32,000 nt of DNA from Pseudodesulfovibrio piezophilus C1TLV30 (GTDB taxonomy: Bacteria; Desulfobacterota; Desulfovibrionia; Desulfovibrionales; Desulfovibrionaceae), in the NCBI RefSeq assembly GCF_000341895.1, contig NC_020409.1, forward strand, positions 1,770,001-1,802,000, given 5' to 3'. Position 1 is the first letter of the stretch. Each line of letters opens with the position of its first letter. The notes below the pieces were generated by a model, which worked only from the letters and a program-made list of their open reading frames with translations, did not search any database and was not told the origin of the DNA. Below, one piece after another: positions 1-8,392 of the stretch. Position numbers and translations under genes: made by a program.

Positions 1-425
1 GCCGTTGTTTGTCCCGACAAGACCAGACAGACACTCAACAATGCCCAGAAAATGAGCAGACTTCCGGCAAAGACGGAATCACCAATGGCGGATAAGGTGT
101 ATGCCGTGGTATCCTTCACCTTTGCCAGCATCTTCGGAGGAAATCTGTTGGCCGCAATAGCACCCTCGACATTGAGGTAGATCCCCACCAGACATGGAAG
201 CCAGAACGGATGGGACTGGTAATGCCTGACATACCGTTTTTGTGCAGCCCGGAGCATCTTGGGCTCACGGTGGATCGCGATCAACCCAGGAAGCATGGCA
301 TATATCAACCCCAGGTTCTGCATTCCCCGAGTATTGAACCCGGCCCCGGCCAGATAGCAACGCATGAAGCTGCGCACGAATGCCATTGTATGGCTCTCTC
401 TGGCTGAGGACGGTGCCTTTTGCAT
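1..425 (-). CDS. PTS mannose/fructose/sorbose-family EIID component, N-terminal part (gene continues past the left edge)
   Basis: Open-ended minus-strand frame, absent from the track because there is no stop in the window. My translation from ATG 425..423 reads MQKAPSSARESHTMAFVRSFMRCYLAGAGFNTRGMQNLGLIYAMLPGLIAIHREPKMLRAAQKRYVRHYQSHPFWLPCLVGIYLNVEG...YTLSAIGDSVFAGSLLIFWALLS. This parallels the ManZ-type blocks (F.RS..FQGSWNFERMQALGF..sM.P, FFNTHPY, GVGDPIFWGT). An alternative start is ATG 386. Confidence 0.6.
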   Translation of the reverse strand, partial: MQKAPSSARESHTMAFVRSFMRCYLAGAGFNTRGMQNLGLIYAMLPGLIAIHREPKMLRAAQKRYVRHYQSHPFWLPCLVGIYLNVEGAIAANRFPPKMLAKVKDTTAYTLSAIGDSVFAGSLLIFWALLSVCLVLSGQTT

Positions 426-479
426 AATCTGCGATGCCTTCCGTATTCCGTGTTGCCTGTCAATAAAGCCCGATCAAAC

Positions 480-1031
480 TCACCGTTGGCCGGGCAACAA
501 CCCGTGGGAGGAGAGATACCGGCTGACCAGGAGTGCCAAGACGATCTTGATGGCATCCCAGGCAATGAACGGAACCACACCGACTATCACCGCCTTGCCC
601 CAATCGATGGACAAGGCGAATTTGAGCCAGACCGCACCCACGAGATATATGGAGATAAGCCCTGCGACGCCGAAGGCAACCCCTCTCAACCATGGAATAA
701 CAAAGTTGTTTTTTCTGGCCAGCCCACAAAACCATGCCCCCAACGTCCATGCGAAGAGATAGCCCCCGGTAGGGCCGAAAAGATGCCCCAGGCCAGATCG
801 TCCTCCAGCAAAGACAGGCAAGCCGATGATCCCGGCCAAGAGATAAAGCCCCACAGCCATCACACCGCGCCGTGGACCGAGCACGTACCCGGTCAAAAAG
901 ACAAAAAAAGGTTGCATAGAAACAGGAACCGGGCCGATGGGCACGATGAGATAGGCTCCGACCCCAATGGAAGCGGCCATGAGCGAAGTCCAAATAAGTC
1001 TGTGCAAATCCGTCAAAGAATTGTGTGTCAT
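480..1031 (-). CDS. bioY: Biotin transporter BioY (ECF S-component type)
   Basis: Track ORF 480..1061. Polytopic hydrophobic protein with BioY-like blocks (PVPVSMQPFFVFLTGYVLGPRRG, GRSGLGHLFGPTGGYLFAW, PFIAWDAIKIVLA). It lies directly downstream of bioB. I set the start at ATG 1031 because it forms an ATGA overlap with the bioB stop (1028-1030); ATG 1061 is the alternative. Confidence 0.8.
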   Translation of the reverse strand: MTHNSLTDLHRLIWTSLMAASIGVGAYLIVPIGPVPVSMQPFFVFLTGYVLGPRRGVMAVGLYLLAGIIGLPVFAGGRSGLGHLFGPTGGYLFAWTLGAWFCGLARKNNFVIPWLRGVAFGVAGLISIYLVGAVWLKFALSIDWGKAVIVGVVPFIAWDAIKIVLALLVSRYLSSHGLLPGQR

Positions 1032-2026
1032 AATCCGCTCTCCCTTTTCCCGACAGAACATTCCGGCACAAGGTCGGCCTGGTCGATCTCAGTCAGGTCG
1101 GAAACGACATCACTTCCTCTGGTCGTCAGATAATCCCCGACCATCAATCCATTGGCCCCCGAACGCAGGAGTTCCCGTTTCCGCTTTTCACCAAAGACAG
1201 TCACCCGCCCGCCACAGATGCGCAAGGCTCGATCAGGCAGCAGAAAACGAAACAAGGCCACAATTCTGAGAGCTTCCTCGGGCGAAAGCACCTCCTTGCC
1301 CTCAAGAGGAGTGCCTGGAATAGGATGCAAAAAATTCATGGGCACGGAAGGCACGCCCAACTCACGAAGCAGCAGCGCCAACTCAACCCGATCATCCCAA
1401 CTCTCCCCGATGCCGAAGATGCCACCGGAACAGACATACAACCCGGCTTTCAATCCGGCTCTGACGGCACGGATATCCTCTTCGTAGGCATGGGTCGTAC
1501 AGATTTTCGGGAAATAACTGGCCGATGTTTCCAGATTATGGTGATACCCTTCAAGCCCTTCGGCCTTGAGTGCTTTCAACTGAGAACAATCTAGAATTCC
1601 TGGAGAGAGATCAGGCTTGAGTCCCTGAGCCGCCACTCTTCGCACAGCCTCGGCATACCCGGCAAGATCACTTTCTCCAACCATCTTGCCACTGGCGACC
1701 ACGCCGAACCGCGTCACGCCATGACGTTTGGCAGCCAACCCGGCAGCTGCTATCTGTTCGGGCGGCAGGAGAGGGTATTCCGGGCTTTCCCCTCCATGAT
1801 GCCCGGATTGGGCACAGAATGCACAGTCTTCGGAACAGGTGCCGGATTTAGCATTGACTATGGCACACAAACCAACCGTCGAATCAAAGCAGGCTGTTCT
1901 GATGGAATGGGCATACTCAAGCAGTTCCCCAAGCCGGTCGTCAGGAAGATGCTGGATGTAGCGAATATCGGATTCGGCAAGACTGGTTCCGGCGAGGGCC
2001 TTGCGATAAATGGCTTTCAGGCTCAT
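1028..2026 (-). CDS. bioB: Biotin synthase (radical SAM)
   Basis: 332 aa. It has the radical-SAM triad CSEDCAFCAQS and BioB-like blocks (YHHNLETS, CSGGIFGIGES). ATG 2026 overlaps the rsmI stop as ATGA. Confidence 0.9.
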   Translation of the reverse strand: MSLKAIYRKALAGTSLAESDIRYIQHLPDDRLGELLEYAHSIRTACFDSTVGLCAIVNAKSGTCSEDCAFCAQSGHHGGESPEYPLLPPEQIAAAGLAAKRHGVTRFGVVASGKMVGESDLAGYAEAVRRVAAQGLKPDLSPGILDCSQLKALKAEGLEGYHHNLETSASYFPKICTTHAYEEDIRAVRAGLKAGLYVCSGGIFGIGESWDDRVELALLLRELGVPSVPMNFLHPIPGTPLEGKEVLSPEEALRIVALFRFLLPDRALRICGGRVTVFGEKRKRELLRSGANGLMVGDYLTTRGSDVVSDLTEIDQADLVPECSVGKRESGL

Positions 2027-2850
2027 GAGAAGCGCATAAAAGCATACACTTCCTTGGCTGTCCAGCCATTGACCCTGTCAGCCACCCGACGGGCGACGTC
2101 CTTGGGTTTGCCGCCGACAGCCCTTTCCTCGTCAATAATTCCGGCCAGGACAGAGTCTGAGGTCTGCCCCTCATCACCCGCAGGAGCAATGATAACAGTC
2201 AACTCCCCGCGCAGATCGCAATCAAAGACATCAAGCCGCCCCAACTCGCCACGCAGAAATTCCTCATAGTCCTTGGTCAATTCCCGAGCCACACAGAATT
2301 CACGGTTGCCCAAGACCTCACTGGCGATTTCGAGCGTTCCAGGCAGCCGGGACTTGCGCTCAAAAAAGACCAGCGTCGCTCCTGTTGCCCCATGCTGCCT
2401 GAAAAGACGCTCCGTCTGCGACTTCTTGCGAGGCGTAAAGCCCAAAAAGGTATATGGAAGCGGTGGCAAACCGCAAGCGGACAAAGCAGTCACAGGCGCA
2501 CTGGGACCAGGCACGGGAGACACGTCATACCCCTCCTCCCGACATGAACGAACCAGGGTAAACCCCGGATCAGACAGCAACGGGGTGCCTGCGTCGGAGA
2601 CCAAAGCCACGCTCTGCCCTTCTTCCAAAAGAGCCAGTACCTTGGGAATCCGCCTGTCTTCGTTGTGCTCAAAAAATGAAATTAGACGACCATGACGCTC
2701 CAACTCCAGACGTTTGAAAAGCAGCCCGGCCCGACGCGTATCCTCAGCCAAAATGATATCCGCATCCATAAGGATGGTGCGGGCGCGAGGCGACAAATCA
2801 CCCGCATTACCCAGTGGTGTCGCCACCACCCACAGTTTCCCATTGCTCAT
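2023..2850 (-). CDS. rsmI: 16S rRNA (cytidine1402-2'-O)-methyltransferase RsmI (tetrapyrrole-methylase fold)
   Basis: 275 aa. The N-terminus LWVVATPLGNAGDLSPRA...IILAEDTRRAG, together with VSDAGTPLLSDPG and PGPSAPVTAL, matches the RsmI pattern. ATG 2850 overlaps the yraN stop as ATGA. Confidence 0.85.
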   Translation of the reverse strand: MSNGKLWVVATPLGNAGDLSPRARTILMDADIILAEDTRRAGLLFKRLELERHGRLISFFEHNEDRRIPKVLALLEEGQSVALVSDAGTPLLSDPGFTLVRSCREEGYDVSPVPGPSAPVTALSACGLPPLPYTFLGFTPRKKSQTERLFRQHGATGATLVFFERKSRLPGTLEIASEVLGNREFCVARELTKDYEEFLRGELGRLDVFDCDLRGELTVIIAPAGDEGQTSDSVLAGIIDEERAVGGKPKDVARRVADRVNGWTAKEVYAFMRFS

Positions 2851-3239
2851 ATATTCATCCCGCTCACATCAAATGCGTTTTCCATATGCTCGACATCCAG
2901 ACCATGGCCGGTGTCGATCACTGCCGCCAGATCAAATCGGCACGGCTCGTCCCACAGATCGTTTTTCGTCAGATAGTGACTGGCAGCCTTGACCAGCCGG
3001 GTCTGTTTTTTCCGATTCAGCCCATCGGCCGGAGTCGTCATGGTCCCAGCTCGCCGCGTCTTGACCTCGACGAAGACGATAGTATCACCATCCCGGCATA
3101 CAAGGTCCAGCTCCCACTGCCGGTAGCGCCAATTCCGTTCCAGTATGCGAAAGCCCTTGGCCAGCAGAAACCGCGCAGCAGCCTGTTCGCCCAGATCTCC
3201 ACGTCGTCTGGTCGGTATGATCTTCGAAATCAATCCCAT
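2847..3239 (-). CDS. yraN: YraN/UPF0102 family endonuclease-like protein
   Basis: GDLGEQAAARFLLAKGFRILERNWRYRQWELDLVCRDGDTIVFVEVKTR is the typical UPF0102 core. The track start at 3257 is GTG; I prefer ATG 3239 (MGLISK...). Confidence 0.75.
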   Translation of the reverse strand: MGLISKIIPTRRRGDLGEQAAARFLLAKGFRILERNWRYRQWELDLVCRDGDTIVFVEVKTRRAGTMTTPADGLNRKKQTRLVKAASHYLTKNDLWDEPCRFDLAAVIDTGHGLDVEHMENAFDVSGMNI

Positions 3240-3340
3240 GGCTTGAGGTGATATCACAGGGGAGATTGAGAAGCCATAGCAAGGCTTCCCCCTTCCCCCC
3301 GACAGCCCAATACGATAGTCTGAAGCATGGAGGAAATATC

Positions 3341-4447
3341 ATGCTCAAATATGCCATGATCGGCGGTGGTCCCGGCGCATTTGTCGGTCAAGTCCATAGA
3401 CGCGCTTTAGCCCTGAACGGACAGGCGAAATTAGTGGCAGGCTGTTTTTCCCGCGACCTGGAGAAAACAAAACGCCTTGGCCTGGAGCTGGGACTGGATG
3501 AAGACCGGCTTTACGCCACGCCGGAAGAATTGACCCGGCTTGAAGCCGGCGATGTCGATTTCGCCGTGGTCGTCACCTCCAATGAAGCCCACTACCCCAA
3601 TGTAAAAACATGCCTGGAGAACTCCATCCATGTCATGTGTGACAAGCCGTTCACGCACACCTCTCACCAAGCGGTTGAACTGGTGGAAATGGCACGAGAC
3701 AAGGGCTTGCACCTTGGAATATCATACACCTATGCAGGTTACCCCATGATCAGGCAGGCTCGGGAGATGATCGAACGAGGTGACATCGGGACAATCCGAT
3801 TCATCAATTGTGAATATCCTCAGGGCTGGCTGGCAGAAGCGGTCGAAACAACGGGACACCCGCAAGCTGAATGGCGGGCGGACCCTGAGCGAAGCGGTGG
3901 CATTCTCTCTCTTGGAGACGTGGGAAGTCATATCGAGCACCTCGTTCCCCACGTCACCGGCCTGGTTGTCACCCGGCTGGCTGCCCGACTGGATACTCTG
4001 GTCGAGGGGCGCGAACTGGACGACAACGGAACTATTCTCACCGAATACAATACCGGGGCACGAGGCATGTATTGGTATTCTCAAGCCGCCACAGGCACGG
4101 TCAACGGGTTGAAACTCAGAATTTTTGGCGACAAAGGTGGGCTGGAATGGTTTCAGGAGGAGCCTGACCATCTGTATTACATGCCTCTGAATGAATCGAC
4201 TCAACGCATTGTTCGCGGGTCTCCAGCCATGCTGCCGGGGGCACAAAGATTTTCCCACACCCCACCCGGTCACCCGGAGGGCTGGCTCCTCGCATTCGCC
4301 AATCTCTACAAATCATTCTGCGCCACCATAGAGTATGGGGAAAAGCCGGACTTTCCCGATGGTGAAGATGGACTTCGAGGCATTCGCTTCATTGAAGCAT
4401 GTGTGGAAAGTTCTCGCCGCGAAACTCTTTGGCAGGAGATCAATTGA
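3341..4447 (+). CDS. Gfo/Idh/MocA family NAD(P)-dependent oxidoreductase
   Basis: Track ORF 3248..4447 begins at GTG. ATG 3341 is preceded by GGAGG (3329-3333) and gives the Rossmann-type N-terminus MLKYAMIGGGPGAFVGQVH, with EAHY and CDKP further along, as in this family. Substrate unknown. Confidence 0.8.
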   Translation: MLKYAMIGGGPGAFVGQVHRRALALNGQAKLVAGCFSRDLEKTKRLGLELGLDEDRLYATPEELTRLEAGDVDFAVVVTSNEAHYPNVKTCLENSIHVMCDKPFTHTSHQAVELVEMARDKGLHLGISYTYAGYPMIRQAREMIERGDIGTIRFINCEYPQGWLAEAVETTGHPQAEWRADPERSGGILSLGDVGSHIEHLVPHVTGLVVTRLAARLDTLVEGRELDDNGTILTEYNTGARGMYWYSQAATGTVNGLKLRIFGDKGGLEWFQEEPDHLYYMPLNESTQRIVRGSPAMLPGAQRFSHTPPGHPEGWLLAFANLYKSFCATIEYGEKPDFPDGEDGLRGIRFIEACVESSRRETLWQEIN

Positions 4448-4516
4448 TTCTCGAGTGGTATGTTTTCAGGACTGGTACAGCATCCCCCCTTTGCTCCTGG
4501 ATGAAGGCAGGTGCGG

Positions 4517-5158
4517 CTAGAAGAGGCTGCCTTGTTTCTGTATGGGCTGCTCCTCTTTGACACCGCGAAAAGTGAGACGATGAATCCTGCTTGGACCAAG
4601 TTCCCGAAGAGCCTGCATATGGACTTTGGTTCCATATCCCATGTGTTTGGTGATCCCATAGCCCGGATACCGTTTGGCCAGTTTGATCATCAGCCTATCC
4701 CGAAAGGTTTTGGCCATGACTGACGCAGCAGAGATGGCAGGCACACTCCCGTCGCCCTTGATGACATATTCCTGGGCAATATCTTGTTGGAGTGCATAGG
4801 AGGGGATAGTCTTGTTGCCGTCAATACGGAGGAACAGGGGCTTTTCCTTAAGCGAGCGTACTGCCCGCGCCATGGCTTGATACGTAGCCTCAAGAATATT
4901 GATGGCATCAATTTCCGGTGCCCAGGCAACACCAACAGCCCAGCAGACAGCCTGTTGCCGTATCTGGTCGTAAAGGACTGCTCGCTTGGCAGCTGTCAAT
5001 TGTTTGGAATCCGTCAGGCCGGGCAGGTCATACTCGGCTGGCAAAATACACGCCCCAGCCACGACAGGCCCGGCCAGGCATCCTCGCCCGGCTTCGTCAA
5101 CCCCCGCAATCTCGGTGACTCGATATCCGCTGGCACAAAAAAGACTTCCCTGGCTCAT
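4517..5158 (-). CDS. rnhB: Ribonuclease HII
   Basis: AGVDEAGRGCLAGPVVAGACIL, DSKQLT and the downstream blocks are RNase HII signatures. The start is set at the ATG preceded by GGGAGGAAGA (MSQGSLF...); the track start at 5197 is further upstream. Confidence 0.85.
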   Translation of the reverse strand: MSQGSLFCASGYRVTEIAGVDEAGRGCLAGPVVAGACILPAEYDLPGLTDSKQLTAAKRAVLYDQIRQQAVCWAVGVAWAPEIDAINILEATYQAMARAVRSLKEKPLFLRIDGNKTIPSYALQQDIAQEYVIKGDGSVPAISAASVMAKTFRDRLMIKLAKRYPGYGITKHMGYGTKVHMQALRELGPSRIHRLTFRGVKEEQPIQKQGSLF

Positions 5159-5240
5159 TCTTCCTCCCTGACCAACCCTGCACGATATCCACATCAAAGG
5201 GAACTGTCCCCATCGACATGTTCACCATAGCACACACCAC

Positions 5241-5269
5241 AAAAGCCCGGAGCGTTGAACGCTCCGGGC
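5241..5269 (-). terminator. Rho-independent terminator downstream of rplS
   Basis: Perfect 10-bp stem GCCCGGAGCG / CGCTCCGGGC with a 5-nt loop (5245-5269). On the minus strand it is followed by TTTTG (plus-strand AAAA at 5241-5244). Confidence 0.6.
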
Positions 5270-5405
5270 AAATATTCCCACGAGAAGATTGAAAATCTTC
5301 AGTCAATGACGATCTGTTGTCTCACTTCAAAACTGGACCACGATGATTCACATCACACAATGAATCCGACAACTGAAGACAGGACAGGGCGTCGCTGATC
5401 CGAAA

Positions 5406-5756
5406 CTATTCCCAAATCTGCTTGGACTTGATGCGAGCAGCCTTACCGCGCAGGTTACGCAGGTAGTAGATGCGGCTCCGGCGAACCTTTCCTTCAGAGA
5501 CCACTTCGACGCGATCAATGAAGGGGGAGTTCATGGGGAACACGCGCTCGACACCGATTCCATCGGAAATCTTGCGAACAGTGAAAGTAGCGTTGGTCGT
5601 ACCGCGACGGCGACGCAGGACAGCACCCTGGAAAACCTGGATGCGTTCTTTCTCGCCTTCGATGATACGATAGTGAACCTTGACGGTGTCACCGGCCTTG
5701 AATGCGGGAACGTCGAGACGAATGTGTTCGGCTTCGATCTTCTTGATGATGCTCAT
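5406..5756 (-). CDS. rplS: 50S ribosomal protein L19
   Basis: [52 protein letters not shown] is canonical L19. ATG 5756 is preceded by AAGGAG; the track ORF extends to 5777. Confidence 0.9.
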   Translation of the reverse strand: MSIIKKIEAEHIRLDVPAFKAGDTVKVHYRIIEGEKERIQVFQGAVLRRRRGTTNATFTVRKISDGIGVERVFPMNSPFIDRVEVVSEGKVRRSRIYYLRNLRGKAARIKSKQIWE

Positions 5757-5785
5757 GATAATCTCCTTAATCCTCAAAAACTATT

Positions 5786-7081
5786 CTAATATTCATCTGC
5801 TATGAGCCGATCCACTATGATGGCGACCGCACTTCTCACGGACAGATGGTTATAGTCGTCCAAAAATCGGATGGGGCGCAGAATCCCCTCTGCCTTTGCG
5901 AGAACTTCCTCGGCAAGGCCATGACCGGTTCCAAATACAAGTAAAACCGGCGAAATTTCTAACCATTTTCTCACATCAGCATAGGTGAGAGCCGGTTCAG
6001 CGTGCTTGCGGCGATCAAGTCGTGCAGACGTAGCCGCGAGGCGGGGACATTGCCCTGTTTGCGTTTCAATGTCAAGGACCGCTGCCTCTATATCGTCAAA
6101 AACCTTGACCTTGGAAAAAGCTTCGGCCCGATCGGGGTTGGCGATACTTCCTGCCCCCTTTTTCCAGTGATTGAGCAGCTGCTCTGCCAGGGCTTTCTGA
6201 TCCTCGATGGGGGTGGTGGCATAAAATCCGCCCAGACCGTAGCTCCTTGCTACGCGAGACATATCATGCAAATCGAGATTGGTGACGGAGACGGCTACCT
6301 TTTCTCCAAATTTATTGACCACGGGATAATGGCACAAGGCAATGTAGAGATTACGCCCCAAGCGAGTTCGCGACAGGGTTCGCAAAAAATCGATATCCTC
6401 AACAGTCAGGCTTGCCTCGGGCAGTACATCGGGGCGGTCATTCAAGGTGCTCTCAAGGGAGCACTCCCGCCGCCACTCCTCAATCTTGCCATGGTTGCCG
6501 CCCCGCAACACTTCAGGCACCACAAGTCCCTGATAGTCATCAGGTCGCGTATAGTGCGGATACTCCAGCAATCCTGCGGAAAAAGATTCTTCCTCGCCGG
6601 AATCGGTATGCCCCATGAAATCGGGAAGCAACCGTGCCACGGCCTCTACGAGACAGACGGCCCCGGCCTCCCCTCCATTGAGAACAAAATCGCCCACACT
6701 GACCATCTCGATGGGATAAAGATCGAGCAGGCGCTCATCAATCCCTTCGTATCGCCCACAGATAAGGGTTAAATCCTCTTCGGCGGATAATTCGCGGGCT
6801 CGAGCTTGGGTCAGAGGCTTGCCGCGCGGAGAAAGCATCAGGATGCGCCCCGGTGACTCGATGGAATCCAGCGCCTTGGCCATGGGATCAAGCTTGAGCA
6901 ACATCCCCGGCCCACCGCCAAATGGCCGATCATCCACAGACTTGTGGATACCCCCGGCAAAATGGCGCACATCGACATGGTCGAAGGCCACCAAGCCGTT
7001 TTCAACGGCTTTTCCCATCAGCCCCGAAGCAAACGGAGACTCGAAATAATGAGGAAATATGGAGACAAGGTGAAAATTCAT
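5786..7081 (-). CDS. trmD: tRNA (guanine37-N1)-methyltransferase TrmD fused to a C-terminal second SPOUT-like domain
   Basis: The N-terminal ~240 aa is canonical TrmD (VSIFPHYFESP, DDRPFGGGPGMLL, ICGRYEGIDERL, GDFVLNGGE, EYPHYTRP). About 190 further aa follow, ending in GTGHGL...NHLSVRSAVAIIVDRL, a SPOUT-knot-like motif. ATG 7081 lies 3 nt after the rimM stop; the track start at 7087 is GTG. Confidence 0.85.
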   Translation of the reverse strand: MNFHLVSIFPHYFESPFASGLMGKAVENGLVAFDHVDVRHFAGGIHKSVDDRPFGGGPGMLLKLDPMAKALDSIESPGRILMLSPRGKPLTQARARELSAEEDLTLICGRYEGIDERLLDLYPIEMVSVGDFVLNGGEAGAVCLVEAVARLLPDFMGHTDSGEEESFSAGLLEYPHYTRPDDYQGLVVPEVLRGGNHGKIEEWRRECSLESTLNDRPDVLPEASLTVEDIDFLRTLSRTRLGRNLYIALCHYPVVNKFGEKVAVSVTNLDLHDMSRVARSYGLGGFYATTPIEDQKALAEQLLNHWKKGAGSIANPDRAEAFSKVKVFDDIEAAVLDIETQTGQCPRLAATSARLDRRKHAEPALTYADVRKWLEISPVLLVFGTGHGLAEEVLAKAEGILRPIRFLDDYNHLSVRSAVAIIVDRLIADEY

Positions 7082-7083
7082 GA

Positions 7084-7704
7084 TCACTCTGCCTGAGGCG
7101 TCTTGGGCGGACGCGGTTTTTTCTTCGAAGTCCGGCGTCGCGGTTTCTTTTTTTGGGGTGGCTCTGGATTGAGATAAAGATCGATCAACCCTTCGGGCGG
7201 ATCAACGAGAATCACTTCTTCATCCAAATCCACATCAAGAACAAACTCGGGAACCGCAGGCAGAAGAATCTCCTTGCCATCATCAGTGATGATAACCCAG
7301 GTATCCTGCTCGGCTGTTTCGAAGAACTGTTCCAGAGTGCCGAGGTCTGCCCCATCCTGCAAACGCACCCGGCAGCCAAGCATCTCATAGAGATAATGCT
7401 GACCTTCTTCGGGTGCAGGCAGATCGTCCTCATGCACGAGCACGGCAAAGCCGCGCAAGGCTTCAGCCTCATCGCGATCATCCACTCCCTGGCACTTCAA
7501 GAGGACAAGCCCCTTGTGCTCTCGCCAGGAACGGAGAACAAACGGTTTTGGCGGTTTATTGCCATCCTGAAGGAACAGCGCAGCCACGCTCCCGAAAAGC
7601 GACGGGGAGTCCGCATAACTCTTTATGCAGAACTCCCCGCGAATTCCGTGCGGCTTCGCCACTCCGCCAACTTGGATAAACCCGTCGGTACGGCGTGTTG
7701 TCAT
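7084..7704 (-). CDS. rimM: 16S rRNA processing protein RimM, with a basic C-terminal tail
   Basis: IQVGGVAKPHGIRGEF, the PRC-barrel-like C-terminal half, and its position between the KH gene and trmD. Tail: PPQKKKPRRRTSKKKPRPPKTPQAE. Confidence 0.85.
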   Translation of the reverse strand: MTTRRTDGFIQVGGVAKPHGIRGEFCIKSYADSPSLFGSVAALFLQDGNKPPKPFVLRSWREHKGLVLLKCQGVDDRDEAEALRGFAVLVHEDDLPAPEEGQHYLYEMLGCRVRLQDGADLGTLEQFFETAEQDTWVIITDDGKEILLPAVPEFVLDVDLDEEVILVDPPEGLIDLYLNPEPPQKKKPRRRTSKKKPRPPKTPQAE

Positions 7705-7716
7705 TAAGCTCAGATG

Positions 7717-7950
7717 TTATTCAAGAATCTCCAAAACGGAGCGCTTGCGTGCTTTGGTGGAGGCTGCGCCAAGCAAGGTACGCATGGCCCGAGCCGTGCG
7801 GCCCTGTTTGCCGATCACCTTGCCAAGGTCTTCCTTGGCCACCTTCAGCTCAATAACCGAGGTCTGTTCGCCTTCGACTTCAGACACGTGCACTTCATCC
7901 GGGTTGTCCACCAGGGACTTGGCAATGTACTCAATCATCTCTTTCAGCAT
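7717..7950 (-). CDS. KH-domain RNA-binding protein (UPF0109/YlqC family)
   Basis: 77 aa. [22 protein letters not shown] contains the GxxG KH motif. Conserved position between rpsP and rimM. Confidence 0.8.
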   Translation of the reverse strand: MLKEMIEYIAKSLVDNPDEVHVSEVEGEQTSVIELKVAKEDLGKVIGKQGRTARAMRTLLGAASTKARKRSVLEILE

Positions 7951-8029
7951 GACGTCTACCTCCGGTGTCGACGCGTCGTCGCGCGCCGTGAACTTGAGCT
8001 GCCAAACGAAAAACCGGACCTTGAAAGCA

Positions 8030-8275
8030 CTATGCTTGCTTGCCGGCCTTTTTCAGCAGGGAACGAACAGTATTACTAGGCTCGGCGCCTTGTGCCAGCC
8101 ACTTTTCAATCTTTTCCATATCGAGCACGATGTCGTTAGGTTCGACCATCGGATTGTAATGTCCGAGGAACTCAACAGGACGTCCATCACGACGTGTGGC
8201 GCTGTCGAGAGCCACGACGCGGTAGAAGGGACGCTTCTTGGAACCCATCCGGGTCAGTCTGATTTTCATAGCCAT
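8030..8275 (-). CDS. rpsP: 30S ribosomal protein S16
   Basis: [42 protein letters not shown] is canonical S16. Confidence 0.9.
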   Translation of the reverse strand: MAMKIRLTRMGSKKRPFYRVVALDSATRRDGRPVEFLGHYNPMVEPNDIVLDMEKIEKWLAQGAEPSNTVRSLLKKAGKQA

Positions 8276-8299
8276 GGTACTTATACTCCCAATAATTGT

Positions 8300-8328
8300 T
8301 TAATACGTTTTTGCACACTACTTGGCAA
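8300..8328 (-). promoter_or_regulatory. Candidate sigma70-type promoter for the rpsP operon
   Basis: On the minus strand: TTGCCA (8328..8323), a 17-nt spacer, then TATTAA (8305..8300). This sits about 25 nt upstream of the rpsP ATG, with GGGAG in between. Pattern match only. Confidence 0.3.
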
Positions 8329-8392
8329 GTTGATATCTATTATAAAGATCACCGGTCATGCCCCTGCCTGGGGCCGGGCAAACTTTACACCG

